In this document: piece after piece, positions 43,683-49,560 of the stretch
Layout: each line of letters opens with the position of its first letter
How positions within the stretch are numbered: the stretch's first letter is position 1
Source: Chromatiales bacterium
GTDB lineage: Bacteria > Pseudomonadota > Gammaproteobacteria > Steroidobacterales > BM003
Reading direction: 5' to 3'
Assembly: GCA_029864735.1 (NCBI GenBank)
Contig: JAOTSW010000001.1
Location: 1 to 49,560, forward strand
Length of the DNA stretch: 49,560 nt
Position numbers and translations under genes: made by a program
The notes under the pieces: model-generated
What the model was told of the DNA's origin: nothing
The model's database searches: none
What the model saw: the letters and a program-made list of their open reading frames with translations, nothing else

Positions 43683-45929
43683 ATGGAAAATCAGGAACTG
43701 AATTTCGAGGGTGTTGAGCAACAACCGCTCAAGACCTTCACCGAGAAGGCCTACCTCGATTATTCGATGTACGTGATCCTTGACAGGGCGCTGCCGCACA
43801 TCGGTGACGGCCTCAAGCCTGTGCAGCGCAGGATTATCTACGCCATGAGTCAGCTGGGACTGGCGGCAACATCCAAGCCCAAGAAATCAGCTCGTACCGT
43901 GGGTGATGTGATCGGCAAGTTTCATCCCCATGGCGACTCCGCTTGTTACGAGGCCATGGTCCATATGGCCCAGCCCTTTACTTACCGCTATCCAATTATT
44001 GAAGGCCAGGGGAACTGGGGTTCTACAGACGACCCGAAGAGCTTTGCGGCCATGCGTTACACCGAGGCCAAGTTGCATCCCTATGCGGCGGTGCTGCTAT
44101 CGGAACTGGGCCAGGGAACCGTGGATTGGGCGCCTAACTTTGATGGCACCATGGAAGAGCCGATCATGTTGCCGGCGCGCTTGCCAAACCTGTTGCTAAA
44201 CGGGGTGACCGGTATAGCGGTGGGTATGTCCACGGACGTGCCGCCACACAATTTACGTGAGGTCGCGGCGGCCTGTATTCACTTGCTGGAGAAGCCTTCG
44301 GCCTCTATAGAAGACCTGTGTGAAATTATCCAGGGCCCTGATTTTCCCACCGGCGGAGAGATCGTTACGCCGCTGTCCGAAATCCGCCAGATATATATCA
44401 ATGGTGGTGGCACCCTGCGGATGCGGGCGACCTGGAAAAAAGAAGATGGTGACCTGGTGATCGACGAGCTGCCCTACCAGGTTTCCGGGAGCAAGATACT
44501 CGAGCAGATCGCCAACCAGATGCGCGCAAAAAAGCTGCCCATGGTGGAAGACCTGCGTGACGAGTCCGATCACGAGAATCCTACACGCCTGGTGGTGTCG
44601 CCCCGCTCAAACCGGGTGGACGCGGATGCCTTGATGGCGCATTTGTTTGCTACCACCGACCTGGAGCGCAGTTACCGGGTAAACCTGAATATTATCGGGC
44701 TTGATGGTCTTCCCAAGGTGCATAACCTCAAGCGCCTGCTTGGGGACTGGATCAAGTTCCGCACCACGACTGTCACCCGTCGACTGCAGTACCGCCTGGA
44801 CAAGGTTGAGCAACGGCTGCACATCCTGGACGGCCTGTTGATCGCCTTCCTGAATATTGACGAGGTAATCGCCATCATCCGGGCCGAGGATAAGCCCAAG
44901 CCGGTGTTGATGGAGCGCTTTGGACTCAGTGACATCCAGGCGGAAGCCATCCTCGAGTTGAAATTACGCCACCTGGCGAAGCTCGAGGAAATACGTATCA
45001 AGGCCGAGCAGGGTGAACTGGCTGAAGAGCGCGATGCGCTGCAGAAGATACTTGGCAGCGCGGCCAGGCTGAAAACGCTCATCCGCAAGGAAATCACAGA
45101 GGATATGGACAAATACGGCGACGACAGACGGACCCGTATAATCCAGCGGCCCGCAGCCCAGGCCATTGACGAGAACCAGTTGATCTCCAGCGAGCCGGTG
45201 ACCGTGATCCTGTCCAAGCGCGGCTGGGCCAGGGGTGCCAAGGGTCACGAGATCGATCCTTCCAGCGTGACCTACAAGTCGGGAGATGAATTCCTGCAGG
45301 CCAGCAAGGGTCGCAGTAATCAGCAGGTGGTGTTTCTGGACAGCACAGGCAGAACGTATTCCCTGCAGGCTCACACTTTGCCGTCTGCACGCAGCCAGGG
45401 CGAACCCCTGTCGGGCAGGTTTAATTCACCCGATGGCGCGTCGTTCGCCGGCGTGTTAATCGGCGACCCGGATGATTTGTGGCTTATGGCCAGTGATTAC
45501 GGGTACGGATTCATCGTGAAGTACGCTGACTTGTTGTCCCGCAACCGGGCCGGCAAAGTGGTTCTCAAGCCACCCGCTGGCAGTGTGGTGCTTCCGTCTG
45601 CCAGGGTACCGGCCGGCGAGGGCAACTGGGTGGTGGCGGCCACGAGCGAAGGTTACCTGCTGACCTTCCCCATGGCCGAGTTACCCCAGCTCAGTCGTGG
45701 CAAGGGAAACAAGATCATCAATATCCCTTCAAAGAGACTCAAGTCCGGACAGGAAAAAGTGGTGTCGGTGGCGGTGATTGGTCCCGAGAACAAGCTGGTC
45801 ATATTCAGCGGTCAGCGGCACATGCGCCTGGGCTACCACGAGCTTGAGCAATACGAGGGGAGTCGCGGCAAACGTGGCTCATTGTTGCCGCGCGGGTATC
45901 GAAAGGTGGACAAGTTGGCCGTCGAGTAG
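43683..45929 (+). CDS. parC: DNA topoisomerase IV subunit A
   Basis: It has [28 protein letters not shown], the QRDR-like stretch [13 protein letters not shown] and the active-site AMRYTE. The ATG at 43683 is preferred over the TTG at 43674. Confidence 0.95.
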   Translation: MENQELNFEGVEQQPLKTFTEKAYLDYSMYVILDRALPHIGDGLKPVQRRIIYAMSQLGLAATSKPKKSARTVGDVIGKFHPHGDSACYEAMVHMAQPFTYRYPIIEGQGNWGSTDDPKSFAAMRYTEAKLHPYAAVLLSELGQGTVDWAPNFDGTMEEPIMLPARLPNLLLNGVTGIAVGMSTDVPPHNLREVAAACIHLLEKPSASIEDLCEIIQGPDFPTGGEIVTPLSEIRQIYINGGGTLRMRATWKKEDGDLVIDELPYQVSGSKILEQIANQMRAKKLPMVEDLRDESDHENPTRLVVSPRSNRVDADALMAHLFATTDLERSYRVNLNIIGLDGLPKVHNLKRLLGDWIKFRTTTVTRRLQYRLDKVEQRLHILDGLLIAFLNIDEVIAIIRAEDKPKPVLMERFGLSDIQAEAILELKLRHLAKLEEIRIKAEQGELAEERDALQKILGSAARLKTLIRKEITEDMDKYGDDRRTRIIQRPAAQAIDENQLISSEPVTVILSKRGWARGAKGHEIDPSSVTYKSGDEFLQASKGRSNQQVVFLDSTGRTYSLQAHTLPSARSQGEPLSGRFNSPDGASFAGVLIGDPDDLWLMASDYGYGFIVKYADLLSRNRAGKVVLKPPAGSVVLPSARVPAGEGNWVVAATSEGYLLTFPMAELPQLSRGKGNKIINIPSKRLKSGQEKVVSVAVIGPENKLVIFSGQRHMRLGYHELEQYEGSRGKRGSLLPRGYRKVDKLAVE

Positions 45930-45937
45930 GGTCGGCC

Positions 45938-48055
45938 TTAGGGGGTACTGGTGCCCAGGATGACCTCGGGTTCCTGGACGTAATAGCCCTGCATGTACTG
46001 GACACCGGACTGCCACAGCACGGCCATGGTATTGGCGTCTTCCACACGCTCCGCGATGCTTTGGATATCTTTTTCTTTCAGCGCCTGAGCCAGTTCTGTC
46101 ACCCGGCGCTGGTTGTCTTCATTATTGGCCAGGCCCTGCATGAGTGAGCCATCGATTTTCGCGTAATCCGCCCGCAGGTGCTTGAGCAAGCGGATGGAGT
46201 CATTCGCGGTGCCAAAATGTTCGAGGGCAAAATACACGCCAAGTTCTCCCAGTTGGGTGGCCAGCTCCAGGGTTTGCTTGAGATGTTTCCTTGCCACGCC
46301 CTCATTCACCTGGATGCACAGGGCGCCTGGCCCAAGTCGCGCAGTTTTCAGTTTCTCTCCTATCCACTTGGGCAGCGTCTCATCGATTACCGACTCGGCT
46401 GAAATTCGGGCAAATACACGTGAGGCTTTTCTGGTGGCGCAGAACTGCAGTGCTGCATCGACGACCCATCGGTCAATCGGTTTGATCAGGCCATTGCGCT
46501 CCGCGGCTGGAATGAAGTTCGAGGGCAGAACCTCGTTGCCCTTGTCATCGGTCATTCTCAGCATGACGTCGTACATGTCGTGTATTTCGTCGGTGAGACT
46601 GGCAATGGGCTGGTGCACCAGGCTGAAACGGTTATCCATAAGCGCGCTTTTGACATGTCGCACCCAGTGTTTGTCGAATTCGATAGTCTGGGTGTCATTA
46701 CTCACGTCCATTTCGAAGATGTGGGTGCCGTCACCCCCATTTTTACGACAGGTTTCATTGGCCTGGTCGGCGTGATTAATCAAGCGCTCAAGGCTTTCGC
46801 TGAAATTGTCGACTTCCGCGATGCCGATGCTGCAAGTTGCGGAAATAGACTGGTTGCCCACTTCGAATACATGGGTGCGAACCCGGTTGCCCAGGTTGCT
46901 GGCCCAGGCCAGCACATCCTGCCTGGTACCGCGATTGATGTAGGCGACGAACATGGTTCCGCCGAACCTGCCGTACAAATCGCCACTAACAACGCTATCG
47001 CGTAACAGGTTGGAGAAGCTTGTTAGCACCTCCTCACTGCCCAGTGCGCCGATGTTGTTGATAATGTCCCGGAAATTATCCACGGTGATGTAGAGCAGGG
47101 CAGTCACACCTCCCCGGGAAGGTTGCGTGAGGCGACGAGTCAGGTGGGAGATGAAATGACGTCGGTTGTAGAGGCCGGTGGTCATATCCAGCTTGGCGAA
47201 TCGTTCCAGTTTCTGATCCGGTTCCTGCTGCTCGGACTTGCGGGCGGGTATACACATGCGAACGCAGGGTTCCCCATCAAAGTCTGCCTGGGTCAGTTGC
47301 AGGATTACGGACAGAGCGGAGTTGTCGCTCAGCAGTCCCTGGGCCTTGAGGTCGTGGTCGCTCCACTTGCCCTGCATGCAGGCCACCAGGGCTGCCTTGA
47401 TGGCGGCGTGGTTCTGGTTGTCGAATAAATCCATCACCGGGGTTCCCACCAGAGATTCCTCTTCAGGGTATCCAAATAGCTCCAGCCAGGCGGCATTGGT
47501 GCCCACCACGATGCCCTCGCTAACCTGGGCAATGGCGTCCGCCGAACCTTCCAGGAAGCTGTGCAGCTGTTCTTTGTACTGGCTGGCCGCCCCCAGTGTC
47601 TGGTTAAGAGCCCGTTCCAGGCGGAAACTGCGAAGCTCGCGTGTGGCAACGGCAATCATTCGATCGGTATGGGTCAGGGATACCGTGTCCTTGGCTCCCT
47701 CCCGCATGGCCCGGGCGATAATTTGCTCGTTCAGGGCGCTGCGTACTTCCAGGATGGGCACTCCCGGCGCCCATGAATTTCTCAGGTCGGCCACGGTGCC
47801 TATACCAACCCCGGATTCCTCGGTGAATAACAGGATCATCTCTGGATTGATCTGGCCCATAGCCTCCGCAAGGTCATCGGTGCTGGATATCAACGTACAG
47901 TGAACCGGATGGCCGCCTGTGCGAAGGATGCGGTTGACTGATTCCGATTGCTCGGGAGCCTTGGCGATGACGATTAATGGAACACGGGCTTCCTGGTTCA
48001 ATTCACGTTCTCCGGACAGGTTGGTACGCTGCACAAATCCCATGCGATAAGGCAT
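45938..48055 (-). CDS. FimX-like c-di-GMP signalling protein: pseudo-receiver + PAS + degenerate GGDEF + degenerate EAL, 705 aa
   Basis: The REC-like N-terminus lacks the acidic pocket and the phospho-Asp (PEMILLFTEE). A PAS domain follows (GTNAAWLELFGYPEEESLVG). The GGDEF site reads GGTMF. The EAL site reads DVM (MYDVMLRM), with QVNE in place of ExTE and EHFG in place of DDFG, while KIDGS and QGYY are retained. Confidence 0.85.
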   Translation of the reverse strand: MPYRMGFVQRTNLSGERELNQEARVPLIVIAKAPEQSESVNRILRTGGHPVHCTLISSTDDLAEAMGQINPEMILLFTEESGVGIGTVADLRNSWAPGVPILEVRSALNEQIIARAMREGAKDTVSLTHTDRMIAVATRELRSFRLERALNQTLGAASQYKEQLHSFLEGSADAIAQVSEGIVVGTNAAWLELFGYPEEESLVGTPVMDLFDNQNHAAIKAALVACMQGKWSDHDLKAQGLLSDNSALSVILQLTQADFDGEPCVRMCIPARKSEQQEPDQKLERFAKLDMTTGLYNRRHFISHLTRRLTQPSRGGVTALLYITVDNFRDIINNIGALGSEEVLTSFSNLLRDSVVSGDLYGRFGGTMFVAYINRGTRQDVLAWASNLGNRVRTHVFEVGNQSISATCSIGIAEVDNFSESLERLINHADQANETCRKNGGDGTHIFEMDVSNDTQTIEFDKHWVRHVKSALMDNRFSLVHQPIASLTDEIHDMYDVMLRMTDDKGNEVLPSNFIPAAERNGLIKPIDRWVVDAALQFCATRKASRVFARISAESVIDETLPKWIGEKLKTARLGPGALCIQVNEGVARKHLKQTLELATQLGELGVYFALEHFGTANDSIRLLKHLRADYAKIDGSLMQGLANNEDNQRRVTELAQALKEKDIQSIAERVEDANTMAVLWQSGVQYMQGYYVQEPEVILGTSTP

Positions 48056-48238
48056 TCATTGTTCGTTTCGGAGTGTATCACCAGTTTCGCCCGGCGGGGG
48101 ACTGGGGAGGGCCGGCAGGGGTAGTGACGCAATTGGCCGCTTTTTGGCTGACCTGATTCAGAGAATCTTGGTACTATTGGCCGCTTTCACCGGGGCGCAG
48201 ATTCCCGGAATAACCGTGTTTTGACAGGACTCCATGCT

Positions 48239-48808
48239 ATGGCCAGCTACCAGACCAGCGAATTTCGCTCAGGATTGAAAATTTTGCTTGATGGCGATCC
48301 CTACACCATTGTTGAAAACGAATTCGTGAAACCGGGCAAGGGCCAGGCCTTCAACCGGGTGCGGGTGCGCAATCTCAAGAATGGCCGGGTGGTGGACAAG
48401 ACGTTCAAGTCTGGTGAAAGCGTGGATGCTGCGGATGTGGTTGAGACAGACATGCAGTATTTGTACAACGATGGCGAATTCTGGCACTTCATGGACCCTT
48501 CCTCATACGAGCAGTATGCTGCCGACGCCAATGCCGTTGGGGACACCGTGAAATGGCTGAAGGAAGAAGATATCTGCCTGGTAACCCTCTGGAATAACTC
48601 ACCCCTGTTGGTGTCGGCGCCGAACTTTGTGGAATTGAAGATCGTAGAGACCGACCCGGGTTTGCGTGGGGACACTGCCCAGGGCGGTGTGAAACCTGCT
48701 CGCCTGGAGACTGGTGCCTCGGTGCGTGTGCCCCTGTTCCTTGAAGAAGGCGAAGTCATCAAGGTGGACACCCGCAGCGGCGAGTACGTGTCGCGGGTCA
48801 AGGACTGA
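48239..48808 (+). CDS. efp: Elongation factor P
   Basis: The N-terminus is [46 protein letters not shown], and the modification-site Lys is in KPGKG. The start was trimmed to ATG 48239. Confidence 0.95.
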   Translation: MASYQTSEFRSGLKILLDGDPYTIVENEFVKPGKGQAFNRVRVRNLKNGRVVDKTFKSGESVDAADVVETDMQYLYNDGEFWHFMDPSSYEQYAADANAVGDTVKWLKEEDICLVTLWNNSPLLVSAPNFVELKIVETDPGLRGDTAQGGVKPARLETGASVRVPLFLEEGEVIKVDTRSGEYVSRVKD

Positions 48809-48830
48809 TCACCGGTCCTCGGGATATCCC

Positions 48831-49560
48831 ATGACAGCAAACACAAGTTGGCGCCCCACGGCTTCGGTGGAGGTGCTGCGTCTGCGTGCCGGAATGCTGG
48901 CTCGCACAAGGGCCTTCTTTGAGCGCAGGCGGGTAATGGAGGTGGAAACTCCGGTATTGTCGGCGGCCGGAACCACGGATGTAAATATTCATAGCATGAC
49001 TACCCGGGTCGCGGGTCAGCCGGGTGCCCTGTATTTGCATACCTCGCCGGAATTCCCGATGAAGCGGCTGCTGGCAGCCGGTTCCGGGGATATTTACCAG
49101 ATTGCGAGAGTATTCAGAGACGGCGAGAGTGGTCGCTGGCATAACCCGGAATTCACCATGCTGGAATACTACCGGCTCGGTATGGATCACCACCGCTTGA
49201 TGGATGAGGTGGAGGATTTGATGGGGGAATTGTTGGGCGAGGGTGGGGAATCGCTACAGTGCCAACGCCTGACTTATCGGGACGCGTTCTTACAGGCCGT
49301 GGACCTGGATCCGCTGGTGGCCGGGCGACAGACGTTGCTTGACGCGTTGGCCCGTCGCCAGGTCAGCCTGCCCGGGGAAACCCTTACTGATGCCCAGTTG
49401 AGCGACTTGCTCATGGGAACCGTGGTCTCGCCAGCCCTGGGCAGGGATCGCCCCTGTTTTGTTTACGATTTTCCGGAAGACCAGGCGGCCCTGGCCAGGA
49501 TTCGACCTGGCAACCCTCCGGTGGCCGAGCGCTTCGAGTTGTTTTACCGGGGTATGGAGT
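48831..49560 (+). CDS. epmA: EF-P lysine-34 (R)-beta-lysine ligase EpmA (PoxA/GenX), 5-prime partial (runs off the window end)
   Basis: This ORF is not in the ORF track because it has no stop in the window. My own translation from ATG 48831 gives MTANTSWRPTASVEVLRLRAGMLARTRAFFERRRVMEVETPVLS...TSPEFPMKRLLAAGSGDIYQIARVFRDGESGRWHNPEFTMLEYYR...VAERFELFYRGME. It is collinear with E. coli EpmA. Confidence 0.9.
   Translation, partial: MTANTSWRPTASVEVLRLRAGMLARTRAFFERRRVMEVETPVLSAAGTTDVNIHSMTTRVAGQPGALYLHTSPEFPMKRLLAAGSGDIYQIARVFRDGESGRWHNPEFTMLEYYRLGMDHHRLMDEVEDLMGELLGEGGESLQCQRLTYRDAFLQAVDLDPLVAGRQTLLDALARRQVSLPGETLTDAQLSDLLMGTVVSPALGRDRPCFVYDFPEDQAALARIRPGNPPVAERFELFYRGME

Noticed and set aside
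45929-45938. The 8-bp gap between the convergent parC and FimX-like stop codons, considered as a special regulatory arrangement.
   Set aside because: Tight convergent spacing also occurs at trxC/MTase and zinc-ribbon/MFS in this window. It appears to be a general feature of compact genome organisation here, and no specific element is visible.
1-49560. A whole-window search by eye for tRNA (T-loop GGTTCGAATCC-like) and rRNA genes, CRISPR repeats, IS elements or transposases, integrases, toxin-antitoxin pairs, restriction-modification genes and other defence genes.
   Set aside because: None was found. The only GGTTCGAA-like string (about 34186) is inside nusB coding sequence. No spaced direct repeats and no mobility or defence protein signatures appear in any of the six frames.

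Overview
This 49.6-kb window looks like ordinary chromosome from a gammaproteobacterium. GC is roughly 55-60% by hand count on sample lines. The gene order glyA-nrdR-ribD-ribE-ribB(X)-ribH-nusB-thiL-pgpA, parE-parC and efp-epmA matches Pseudomonas/Cellvibrionales-like genomes. I support about 46 protein-coding genes. By eye I found no rRNA, tRNA, CRISPR array, transposase, integrase or long repeat.

The left third (0.2-17 kb) is rich in exported hydrolases and uptake functions: DUF885, an M16 peptidase pair, an amidase, an Amidohydro_3 lipoprotein, a 2OG-Fe(II) oxygenase, a small lipoprotein, a WYL-domain regulator and a TonB-dependent receptor. The middle (17-28.6 kb) is a mixed set: a zinc-ribbon protein, an MFS transporter, a PLP dehydratase, a lower-GC ToxR/CadC-like wHTH-TPR gene with a small exported Cys protein, a permease, a cupin, trxC, an exported methyltransferase-fold protein, an FNR-type reductase and ettA. 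The right half is mostly housekeeping.

I do not see a canonical defence island or mobile element. The best leads for undescribed biology are:
- a rubredoxin-less rubrerythrin / CCG-type Fe-S protein / DUF3501 module behind a near-consensus promoter with a perfect palindromic operator;
- a Ser/Thr kinase fused to a C-terminal cyclic-nucleotide-binding domain, appended to the nusB-thiL-pgpA operon;
- an orphan WYL regulator inside a TonB-receptor-linked hydrolase locus;
- the lower-GC wHTH-TPR plus small-secreted-protein pair;
- a FimX-like protein that is degenerate in its REC, GGDEF and EAL domains.

All family assignments come from motif recognition by eye and need HMM or BLAST confirmation.
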